Assembly (NCBI GenBank): GCA_019244185.1
Contig: JAFATB010000026.1
Coordinates: forward strand, 96,001-160,000
DNA from: Acidobacteriota bacterium
GTDB taxonomy: Bacteria > Acidobacteriota > Thermoanaerobaculia > Gp7-AA8
DNA: 64,000 nt
Direction of reading: 5' to 3'
The notes below the pieces were generated by a model that was not told where the DNA came from, made no database searches, and saw only the letters and a list, made by a program, of their open reading frames with translations. Of the stretch, positions 17,777-25,435 are shown in pieces (within the stretch, counting starts at the first letter, position 1; each line of letters starts with the position of its first letter). The position numbers and the translations under genes are program-made.

Positions 17777-18213
17777 TGTCGCTTCTGATACATGAGCAGG
17801 TTGTACGCGAGATGATTGCCGATTCACGCTCGCTCGAACCCCGCGAAGCCGTTGGCCTGCTGGCGGCGCCCACGCCGGGTTCGCCGGTCACTCGGTGTTT
17901 TCCGCTGCCGAACATTGCAACTGAGGATCACCTGTACTGGGCTGACCCCTTTGCGCAATGGCAGGCATTTCGTAGCATCTTTCAGGAACGTCTTCGGCCG
18001 GTCGCTGTCTATCACTCCCACCCTGGAGGCGGCACTGAGCTGTCTGCTCGCGACATTGCGTTTGCGCGGGAACTGGGCCTCCTGCAGGTGGTGATCGCCT
18101 TGGGAGATCGCGTCGAAAGGCTAGCTGCACATGCAGTCGATCCCGACGGTTCCGCACGACCAGTCGAAATATCGATGGTGATCTCAACACTAAATCCTAC
18201 CGTCACGTCATAG
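17773..18213 (+). CDS. JAB/MPN+ (M67) metalloisopeptidase
   Basis: EAVGLL plus YHSHP-x5-LSARD JAMM motif; ATGA overlap. Confidence 0.9.
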   Translation: MMSLLIHEQVVREMIADSRSLEPREAVGLLAAPTPGSPVTRCFPLPNIATEDHLYWADPFAQWQAFRSIFQERLRPVAVYHSHPGGGTELSARDIAFARELGLLQVVIALGDRVERLAAHAVDPDGSARPVEISMVISTLNPTVTS

Positions 18214-18408
18214 ACACGACTGGAACATCATGTCGTTCTGTGCTCTCGACCGCGTGCCTGCTCGCTCCCGCGCCCGTAGAATCCAACCGTGACATCTGCG
18301 GTTGCGCGCACTCGGTGCCGCCGCCGCGTCGCTGAGTGAGCATCGCGACCAGAACCTCTCACATTTGAGCATCGCTCAAACACGACCGTCGGCCATCGCG
18401 CGAGAACG

Positions 18409-18478
18409 TCGTGTCGTACGCCGCCGTTGTCAAGTCACCCCCGCCACACCGACTTGACAACGGCGGCGTACGACACGA
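18409..18478. repeat. Perfect 28-bp inverted repeat with 14-nt loop
   Basis: TCGTGTCGTACGCCGCCGTTGTCAAGTC (18409-18436) / GACTTGACAACGGCGGCGTACGACACGA (18451-18478). Confidence 0.92.
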
Positions 18479-18577
18479 TGGAAGAAGTGTAGCGACGGCC
18501 GACGGAGCGCGGCGTGCTCTGGCCTCTGGAGCTCGCATCTTCCACCGACCGACCCCGTGGCCTGCACCCCCGGCGGC

Positions 18578-19048
18578 TTACTTGCGACGGCGCGGGCGGA
18601 CCGCCTCGAACTCGTCGTGACGCGCGAGCGCTACGAACCCTTCAACAGCCAGGCCCGCGGCCTCGATGTAGCGCGAGTGCCCGGACGCTTCGAGCGCGCG
18701 CACACTAGCGCGCAGCCGCGGATTGCGCACGTCCTCGCGCACCTCGGGTGCTTTGAGTCCGACCAGTTCGTCGAGTGCAACTTCCAGCACCTCGGCCAGC
18801 TTCGCCGCTTTTTCCAACTGCGGCGTGTGACGGCCGCTCTCGTACTCCGACAAGCGGCCGGAATGCATGCCGGCTTTGTCCGCGAGCTCCTCGAGTGTGA
18901 AGCCGCGCTCCTCGCGCTTCGCTTTCAGCCGCTCGCCGAACTCCTCGCCGAACGTCGTTGCCGTGCCCCTCGGTGTGCGCGTTCCCATTGCTCGGAGTAT
19001 CGCTCCGCTTTTGCCTCGGGGCTTTCTGCTCGGCCGTCGTTTGCGCAT
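18578..19048 (-). CDS. XRE-family HTH transcriptional regulator
   Basis: FGERLKAKREERGFTLEELA...LSEYESGRHTP...KLAEVLEV..DELVG; alternative start at 18988. Confidence 0.88.
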   Translation of the reverse strand: MRKRRPSRKPRGKSGAILRAMGTRTPRGTATTFGEEFGERLKAKREERGFTLEELADKAGMHSGRLSEYESGRHTPQLEKAAKLAEVLEVALDELVGLKAPEVREDVRNPRLRASVRALEASGHSRYIEAAGLAVEGFVALARHDEFEAVRPRRRK

Positions 19049-19074
19049 GATTCTCAATGATGATAGCACTTGAT

Positions 19075-19110
19075 TTCTCAGAAGTGAGAACTTATAATTT
19101 CCCCTTGACA
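19075..19110. promoter_or_regulatory. Divergent promoter/operator region between XRE regulator and integrase
   Basis: TTCTCA-GAAG-TGAGAA palindrome at 19075-19090; TTGACA at 19105. Confidence 0.45.
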
Positions 19111-19203
19111 GGTGATCGATGGTCGAGCGCATTTCAGGAAGAATCGGAACGAAGCGTCGCTCAGTCACTTTCACCCCTGCCGCGCCGAGTAAGGGGAGGC
19201 TGC

Positions 19204-20577
19204 TTGGCTTACAAAGATGAACCGAATTGGGTTTCCGGTCGTCTCGGCCGCCTCACGCTCGAACCGCCCATCACGCACCCGGCCTTCTGCCCGTGCTCGA
19301 TGTGCCCGAAGCACCGCGAGAAGCGCGCGGCGCGTCTCGGCCTGCCGCTCGCGCAGGTGGTAGCCGAGTCGATCGACATCCGCGTCAAGCGAAACTCGCC
19401 GCATCCGCGCAATCGTTCACTGTCGAAGGAAGCCGCGCTCCGCATGAAGGACGCGGAGGAGAAGCGGCTAAACGAGCTTGTTGCAGGTGTGCAGGCCGCG
19501 CAGGTCGCGAAGACCAACGCTGTCCCGTTTTCGCGGGTGGTTGAGCACTACCGGAACTATATGATCGCCCACAAGAAGGGCTACGAGCACGAGCGCTACC
19601 GCATCGACAAGATCGAGGCGTTCATCGGCGCAGATCGCGACGTCGCCACCATCGATTACGATCTCTATCTGGCGCTGCTCGACGAGTACAAAGAGATGAG
19701 CGCGCAGACCCGCCGGCACTACGCAACCACGCTGCTCGCGATGCTCAAGCGCGCGAAGGCCGAACGCGTCATCAAGTCGCACCAACTCTCGGACATCATT
19801 CTTCCGCCGGCGCCGCGCAACGGCGATCCTCAGCCGTGGACGCGCCGCGAGCTCGGCATCATCATGGGGCCGGCCCTCCTCGAGTACGAAGCGGACCAAG
19901 CCGCGTGGAATGCTAAGGTCGCGGAGGAGAAAAAGAACCGCGGTCTTCGCTCGCCGTCCGCCGTTCCTCTCCGCGGTTACTGCCTCATCGGCTACTACAC
20001 GATGATGCGGCCGGACTGCAATCTGCACCTCCGTTGGGATGAAGTGACGCTCGACGCGAAGAACCTCACCGGCTGGTACAAGCTCGACCAACACAAGAAC
20101 GTCAACAAGGGCATCAAGGCGGAAGGGCCGCTCGCCGAGGAGGTTGTCGAATACCTGCTCTCCATCCGGCCGGCGAATCCAGGTAACGCGCCGATCCACT
20201 TCAACCCTGAAACGGACCTGCCGTACGTGGACATCCGCAAGCAGTGGGAGCGGCTGATGGTGATCGCCAGCCGCATGCTCCGCTACGACCTCGAAGACAA
20301 GAAGCGGACGTTCTTCAACTTCCGGCATACCGGCGCGTCTCACATCGCGCAGCGCGGCAAGACGCCCGCTCACTTGCTCGCCGTCGTGCAGATGATGGGC
20401 GATACCAGCGTTGCGACGGTCAACCGCCACTACTTCAAGATGGAGCCGGAGTTGATGCGGGAACTCGTACTCGGGTGGAAGCGCCCGGACGTGGACGTGC
20501 CCTCTGTCGCCGCGGCCGATCTTTTCGGCGCCGAGCACTCACGCATTTGCGAGATCGAGCTTCCACTCGCAAGCTAG
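19204..20577 (+). CDS. Tyrosine recombinase/integrase
   Basis: MMRP (box I Arg), LRWDEV, HKN, FNFRHT, MMGD..VATVNRHY; GGAGG RBS before TTG 19204; adjacent to tRNA. Confidence 0.88.
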   Translation: MAYKDEPNWVSGRLGRLTLEPPITHPAFCPCSMCPKHREKRAARLGLPLAQVVAESIDIRVKRNSPHPRNRSLSKEAALRMKDAEEKRLNELVAGVQAAQVAKTNAVPFSRVVEHYRNYMIAHKKGYEHERYRIDKIEAFIGADRDVATIDYDLYLALLDEYKEMSAQTRRHYATTLLAMLKRAKAERVIKSHQLSDIILPPAPRNGDPQPWTRRELGIIMGPALLEYEADQAAWNAKVAEEKKNRGLRSPSAVPLRGYCLIGYYTMMRPDCNLHLRWDEVTLDAKNLTGWYKLDQHKNVNKGIKAEGPLAEEVVEYLLSIRPANPGNAPIHFNPETDLPYVDIRKQWERLMVIASRMLRYDLEDKKRTFFNFRHTGASHIAQRGKTPAHLLAVVQMMGDTSVATVNRHYFKMEPELMRELVLGWKRPDVDVPSVAAADLFGAEHSRICEIELPLAS

Positions 20578-20596
20578 CGCGCGTCGGGAACATGCC

Positions 20597-20869
20597 ATGC
20601 CGAAACGTCGAGCGCGATTCCCTCACCGCTACACGATGGGGCGCCTTACGCGCGACGGGAAGCGCGTGCCGTTAGTGCGCGTCTCCGGTCGTTGGCTCGA
20701 AGCGTTCGGCTTTAAAGAGGGCGCGAAGTACACCGCGATCGGCGTCGAGGGCGGGCTACTCGTCCTCACCGTCTACGAAGCCGCGCCAGGCGGCGGCACG
20801 TCGCGGCCTGAGACCTCGCGCGCGCTCGATGCGCAGAATGATGCACTTCCGCCCCGCAACCGCACGTGA
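20597..20869 (+). CDS. SymE-family (AbrB-fold) type I toxin-like protein
   Basis: VPLVRVSGRWLEAFGFKEG...LLVL signature. Confidence 0.75.
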   Translation: MPKRRARFPHRYTMGRLTRDGKRVPLVRVSGRWLEAFGFKEGAKYTAIGVEGGLLVLTVYEAAPGGGTSRPETSRALDAQNDALPPRNRT

Positions 20870-21072
20870 CCTTCTCGCGCCAGTAATCGCGCTCCGATCC
20901 GCGCCATGCTAACCCGCCGCACCGCACACCCTCGCCCCGGTCGCGCCCCCGCTCTGCGCTCGCTTTCAAGTGTCGTCGCGGCGCATTTTTTCCGTGGAAC
21001 ACTCACGCCGAATGCGCAACATTTCGCATTTCTGGTCGCGGGTCAGCGCAAATTTTCGCTCGTGAAAATCAC

Positions 21073-21096
21073 GACCTTGCGAGTGACTTTGCGAGT
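21073..21096. repeat. Tandem 12-bp direct repeat, candidate integrase arm-type sites
   Basis: GACCTTGCGAGT-GACTTTGCGAGT about 70 bp from the tRNA 3' end. Confidence 0.5.
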
Positions 21097-21120
21097 CTGC
21101 AATTTTCTAAAGCACCCTGC

Positions 21121-21150
21121 AGAAACACGAAACGCCGCGAAGTCGCGGCG
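21121..21150 (-). terminator. Intrinsic terminator downstream of tRNA-Asp
   Basis: Minus strand CGCCGCG-ACTT-CGCGGCG followed by TTTCGTGTTTCT. Confidence 0.6.
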
Positions 21151-21167
21151 CATGAGAGCTTTAGTTT

Positions 21168-21244
21168 TGGCGGGGCCGACGGGGCTCGAACCCGCGACCT
21201 CCGGCGTGACAGGCCGGCGTTCTAACCGACTGAACTACGACCCC
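21168..21244 (-). tRNA. tRNA-Asp(GTC)
   Basis: GGGGTCGTAGTTCAGTCGG...CTGTCAC...GTTCGAG...CCA; 77-nt cloverleaf. Confidence 0.97.
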
Positions 21245-21342
21245 GCGTTGGGTGGGTGACTCCGCCGAGTTGGGGGGCGGCGGCGTCGGAACCTCGGTAA
21301 CCGGGGGGCTCGGGGGAGCATTCCAGGAGCCGAGGAGGGCGC

Positions 21343-21371
21343 ATCGTAGACGGGTGGGCGGGGGGTGTCAA
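21343..21371 (-). promoter_or_regulatory. Sigma70 promoter for tRNA-Asp
   Basis: TTGACA-N17-TACGAT on minus strand. Confidence 0.7.
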
Positions 21372-21910
21372 GACTCGAAGAGGGCGGCGGCGTCGAGGGT
21401 GGGGGCGTGGGCGTCTTTGTCGGACACGATCGGGGTCTCGACGCGCCAGTCGATGGCGAGGGTGGGGTCGTTCCAGAGGAGGCTGCGGTCGCTCTCTTTG
21501 CTCCAGAGCGTCGTGCATTTGTAGAGCACCTCGGAGTCATCGGCGAGCGTCGAGAAGCCGTGGGCGAAGCGTTCGGGGATGTAGAGCATGCGGCGGTTCT
21601 CGGCCGACAGCTCAACGCCGGTCCATTTGCCGAAGTGGGGGGAGTTGCGGCGGATGTCGACGGCGACGTCGAAGATCGCGCCGCGGATGCAGCGGACGAG
21701 CTTTCCCTGCGGCGCGATGAGCTGATAGTGCAGGCCGCGGACGACGCCGGCGGCGGAGGTCGAGTGATTGTCCTGCAGCCATGTTTCCGGCAGTCCGTGC
21801 TTCCGGAACACGTCGGCATTGAACGTCTCCATGAACCAGCCGCGCGGGTCATCGAAGACGCGCGGCTCGAGGATCAGCACTCCCGGCAATTCTGTCGGTA
21901 CGACGTTCAA
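21368..21910 (-). CDS. rmlC: dTDP-4-dehydrorhamnose 3,5-epimerase
   Basis: PRVFDDPRGWFMETF, QDNHS, VRGLHYQ, FAHGF, WNDP. Confidence 0.95.
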   Translation of the reverse strand: MNVVPTELPGVLILEPRVFDDPRGWFMETFNADVFRKHGLPETWLQDNHSTSAAGVVRGLHYQLIAPQGKLVRCIRGAIFDVAVDIRRNSPHFGKWTGVELSAENRRMLYIPERFAHGFSTLADDSEVLYKCTTLWSKESDRSLLWNDPTLAIDWRVETPIVSDKDAHAPTLDAAALFES

Positions 21911-21948
21911 GCGGCGCGGATGATAGCGCGGAGTAGTAGAGTGCGGCC

Positions 21949-23076
21949 ATGGCAGAAATCGTCGATTCCACGGGCGCATCGCTCGAAGACCGCCCGCAGT
22001 GGCGACTGACGGGCGTGATCTTCTTCGGCATCCTCGCATTGCTGCTGCTGTACGCAGCGTATCTGATCATCGCGCCGTTCATGACGGCGGTCCTGCTTGG
22101 CGCAATTCTGGTCACGCTGACGTTTCATCTCTTCGCGCGCGTGCGGACGCGCATGCACGGCAACTCGACGCGCGCGGCCATCGTGATGCTGCTGTTGATG
22201 ACGGTCATCATCGTGATCCCCGCGGTGATCCTCGGCATCCTGCTCGTCGGACAGGCAAACGTCGTCGTCGAGAAACTGCAATCGGGCGAGGCGCAGCAGA
22301 TGATCGGGCGCATCGATCTCACGCGCTCGCTGGGGTGGATCCGCCGCATCGCGCCGAACTTCGATCCGGCGACGCTCAGCCCGCAGCGGATGCTCCTGCC
22401 GGCGGTCCAGCAGATCCCGGGGTGGGTCGCGCGCCACGGCGGCACGGTGCTCGGTGGCATCGCGGGGATGGTGCTCGGCTTCGCGCTGGTGTTGCTGTCG
22501 ATGTTCTTCTTCTACGTCGAAGGCGAATCGATCGTCGAACAGCTCTCGGTGCTCTCGCCGCTGCCGAAGCAGTACGACCGCGAGTTCGCGGCGCGCTTCA
22601 AGGACGTGATCGACGCGACGTTTCGCGGACAGCTCTTCACCGCGCTCGCGCAGGGGATCGCGACGGGAATCGGCCTCGCGATCGCGCGTGTGCCCGGCGC
22701 CGCCTTCTGGGCCGCGGTCGCGGCGTTGCTCTCGCTCGTGCCGATGGTCGGCGCGGCGGCGGTGTGGGTGCCGGCAGCGATCTATCTCTCGATCGCGGCG
22801 TCGATGGGCGGGCGGCCGTGGTGGCAGGCGATCTTTCTCATCGTGTGGGGCGTGCTCGTAGTGTCGACCGTCGACAACATCGTGCGGCCGTGGGCGATGA
22901 AAGGGAAAGCGCAGCTGCCTGCGATCCCGCTGCTGTTCGCGGTGCTCGGCGGGATGCAGGCATTCGGCTTCGTGGGACTGGTGATCGGACCGCTCGTATT
23001 CTCGCTGCTGATGTCGATCATCGAGATCTACAAGCAATCGTTCCGACTGCCGGCGAGCGGGACGACCATCGCCTAA
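21949..23076 (+). CDS. AI-2E family transporter
   Basis: Multi-TM; DNIVRP and GGMQAFGFVGLVIGP signature. Confidence 0.9.
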   Translation: MAEIVDSTGASLEDRPQWRLTGVIFFGILALLLLYAAYLIIAPFMTAVLLGAILVTLTFHLFARVRTRMHGNSTRAAIVMLLLMTVIIVIPAVILGILLVGQANVVVEKLQSGEAQQMIGRIDLTRSLGWIRRIAPNFDPATLSPQRMLLPAVQQIPGWVARHGGTVLGGIAGMVLGFALVLLSMFFFYVEGESIVEQLSVLSPLPKQYDREFAARFKDVIDATFRGQLFTALAQGIATGIGLAIARVPGAAFWAAVAALLSLVPMVGAAAVWVPAAIYLSIAASMGGRPWWQAIFLIVWGVLVVSTVDNIVRPWAMKGKAQLPAIPLLFAVLGGMQAFGFVGLVIGPLVFSLLMSIIEIYKQSFRLPASGTTIA

Positions 23077-23444
23077 ACCTTCTTCTCGTAGAACTGCTGG
23101 ATGTGCTCGTAGACCTGCTCGGGGAAGTGCAGGTCGCGATAGACGTTGCATTCGTCGGGGTCGGGGCAGATGGGGAACGCCTGCTCGCGCTGCCATTCGA
23201 GGATGCGCTCGCGGCGCGGCGGGTTGTAGTCGCGGCCTTCGACCTGGCGGCAGAGGATGCGCGCGTCGTGATCGCTGACGCCGGGGTTCTTCTGCAGCCA
23301 GGCGCAGAGCTCGTCCTCGCCGAGGAAGTGGCGGGCGACCATGGCGAACACGAGCCGGCCGTAGTGGCCGATGTCTTCGCCGCGATCGAGCGCGTCGAGC
23401 AGGTGGGACATCATCGCGTTGCGTCGGAGTTGTTCGAGTGCCAT
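23073..23444 (-). CDS. Hypothetical protein resembling primase large-subunit C-terminal domain
   Basis: HYGRLVFAMV, YNPPRRERI, CPDPDEC. Confidence 0.65.
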   Translation of the reverse strand: MALEQLRRNAMMSHLLDALDRGEDIGHYGRLVFAMVARHFLGEDELCAWLQKNPGVSDHDARILCRQVEGRDYNPPRRERILEWQREQAFPICPDPDECNVYRDLHFPEQVYEHIQQFYEKKV

Positions 23445-23563
23445 GCACCGATGAAGTGCGGGATGTGTTCCACGAGCTCTACGGTTCGTAGACGCCAAGA
23501 ATCACGGACTTCACGAAACGATCACGAATCTTTGGCAGCTTATTTGTAAGTGTGTTCCCACGC

Positions 23564-24001
23564 ATGGCAGTCGTATCGAGCTCTCGGGTGCTGATCGCCG
23601 ACGGTGATGCGACGCTGCGGCGGCGCTTGTACGCCGCGCTTCTCGAGGCCGACATCTTCTCCGACTGCGTCTCCACGACGGTCGATGCGATGGAGCATCT
23701 GCACGACCGGCCGTACGCGGTGATCGTGGTCGACATCGGACTGCCGGGCGGCGACATCGATCGCGTGGTCGACAGCATCGGCGCGATCGCGCAGCACCAG
23801 CGTCCCGTGGTGCTGGTGCTCGCGGCGAACGCGGAGGCGGCGCGCACGCTCGACGTCGAGATCGTGCAGATCGTACTGCGCAAGCCGGTGCATCTGCGGC
23901 AGCTGGTCGAGCTGATTCGCAGCTGCATCCGCGGCGTCGATACGCGGCTGGCCGAGCCGCCGGAGAAGGGGAACGGAAACGGCGATCACCTGACGTCGTG
24001 A
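23564..24001 (+). CDS. Stand-alone response-regulator receiver
   Basis: VLIADGD, IVVDIGLP, LRKPV. Confidence 0.8.
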   Translation: MAVVSSSRVLIADGDATLRRRLYAALLEADIFSDCVSTTVDAMEHLHDRPYAVIVVDIGLPGGDIDRVVDSIGAIAQHQRPVVLVLAANAEAARTLDVEIVQIVLRKPVHLRQLVELIRSCIRGVDTRLAEPPEKGNGNGDHLTS

Positions 24002-24354
24002 CCGGCGCTTCGCAGGACGCCGGCGGCGTTCTCGAATGATTCGGCTTTCACGAGCACATAGTCGGTATCGTACGTTGCGATCGGGAAGACGCTGATGCGC
24101 GCGTTCGCGAGCGGACCCACTAGCGCTGCGGCGACGCCGGTGACCTCGAACGGAATCGGACCTTCGACCTGAAACGCGCGCCAGCCGCGCTCCGCCTGCA
24201 CGTCGTCAGGCACCGCGTCTTCATCGCAGACGATCGAGAGCTCGTCGCGCGTGCGCGTCACGCACGTGAACGCGCCGCGCGGCCACGACGGGAGCTCCGC
24301 GTCGGACGCGAGCCTGCAGACGGCGAGACGAACGTCGAGCATCGCGATGCGCAT
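23986..24354 (-). CDS. ACT-domain protein (ACT_7 type)
   Basis: TRTRDELSIVC, GPIPF..TGV, ISVFPIATYDTDYVLV. Confidence 0.88.
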   Translation of the reverse strand: MRIAMLDVRLAVCRLASDAELPSWPRGAFTCVTRTRDELSIVCDEDAVPDDVQAERGWRAFQVEGPIPFEVTGVAAALVGPLANARISVFPIATYDTDYVLVKAESFENAAGVLRSAGHDVR

Positions 24355-24364
24355 GACGAACGGC

Positions 24365-24757
24365 TCAAACCTCGTTCGCCGCGAGCAGGCGCGCGATCGC
24401 GCTCGTGAGCTCGTCGGGCGTGAACGGCTTGCGCACGACCTCGAAGACTTCGCCCTCGATCGTTCTCAGCACCGCGTCGGGCGAGCCGGTGACGACGAGC
24501 ACGCGGCGCAGCATCGCGGGACGCGCCTCGCGCAGATGCCGGATGACGGTCATGCCGCCTTCGGTCGGCGTCATGAGATCGAGCAGCAGCGCGTCGTACT
24601 CCTGTTCGTCGAGCCGTTCGATGGCTTGGTTGCCGCCGCTGACAACGTCGACGCGGTGGCCTTCGCGGCGCAGCAGCGTGCCCATGAGCTTCTGCATGGA
24701 GGTGTCGTCGTCGAGGACGAGCAAGCGCGCCTTGGGGCGAAGGAGGGAGAGCACCAT
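24365..24757 (-). CDS. Stand-alone response-regulator receiver
   Basis: LLVLDDD, LLLDLMTP, VVTG, RKPF. Confidence 0.88.
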   Translation of the reverse strand: MVLSLLRPKARLLVLDDDTSMQKLMGTLLRREGHRVDVVSGGNQAIERLDEQEYDALLLDLMTPTEGGMTVIRHLREARPAMLRRVLVVTGSPDAVLRTIEGEVFEVVRKPFTPDELTSAIARLLAANEV

Positions 24758-24784
24758 CGGCGCGCGAGTCTACACGAGGCGTGC

Positions 24785-24859
24785 TGGTGCGGAGTGAGGG
24801 ATTCGAACCCCCGACCCCCTCGGTGTAAGCGAGATGCTCTACCGCTGAGCTAACCCCGC
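24785..24859 (-). tRNA. tRNA-Val(TAC)
   Basis: GCGGGGTTAGCTCAGCGGTAGAGC...CTTACAC...GTTCGAATCCC...CCA. Confidence 0.97.
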
Positions 24860-24887
24860 ACGCGCCGTCGAGAATAGCACGCGCCGA

Positions 24888-25388
24888 TCACGCCTCGTTC
24901 GCGAGCGCATCGAGCGCGTCGCCGGCGAGGCGATAGATCATCCACTGGTCGTTCGGGCGCGCGCCGAGGGAGCGGTAGAAACGGATGGCGGGCTCGTTCC
25001 AGGTGAGCACAGCCCATTCGACGCGGCCGCAGTGGCGCTGCTTCGCGAGCGAGGCGAGATGCGCGAGCAGCGTGCGGCCGTAGCCGCGGCCGCGCATTTC
25101 GGGGCGGACGTACAGATCCTCGAGGTAAATCCCCGGACGTCCGACGAACGTCGAGAAGTTGTGAAAGAAGAGCGCGAAGCCGGCAGGCTCGCCATCGACA
25201 TCGCCGATCACGACCTCCGCGTACGCGCGATTGCCGAAGAGCGTCTCGCGCAACAGTTCTTCCGTGGCGACGACTTCGTGCGCGAGCCGCTCGTATTCGG
25301 CGAGCTCGCGGATGAAGCGGAGGATGAGCGGCACGTCGTCGACGGTGGCCGTGCGAATGCGGAGCGGTGGTGCCGCGGATTGTGTCAC
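24888..25388 (-). CDS. GNAT N-acetyltransferase (SSAT/diamine acetyltransferase-like)
   Basis: IRELAEYE, IYLEDLYV..RGRGYG, WNEPAIRFY. Confidence 0.92.
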   Translation of the reverse strand: MTQSAAPPLRIRTATVDDVPLILRFIRELAEYERLAHEVVATEELLRETLFGNRAYAEVVIGDVDGEPAGFALFFHNFSTFVGRPGIYLEDLYVRPEMRGRGYGRTLLAHLASLAKQRHCGRVEWAVLTWNEPAIRFYRSLGARPNDQWMIYRLAGDALDALANEA

Positions 25389-25435
25389 GGCGGCGCATCC
25401 TACCTCGGCTACAATCGGCGGCGTTCCCCAACGCG

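Larger units (their letters stand above)
1..21167. mobile_element. Genomic island integrated at the 3' end of tRNA-Asp (left boundary outside window)
   Basis: Tyrosine integrase, XRE regulator and SymE-like toxin lie next to the tRNA 3' end. Cargo is defence/TA-like and several genes are visibly less GC-biased than the housekeeping genes beyond 21.3 kb. No tRNA 3'-end duplication (second att) was seen in the window. Confidence 0.8.

Noticed and set aside
15303-18213. CBASS Cap3 or CysO/ThiS sulfur-carrier operon
   Set aside because: No CD-NTase, E1/E2, ThiF/MoeB or cysteine synthase; the GG peptide is too short for a ubiquitin-like fold.
1-21167. Prophage
   Set aside because: Integrase, repressor and amidase are present, but no capsid, terminase, portal or tail genes in the visible part.
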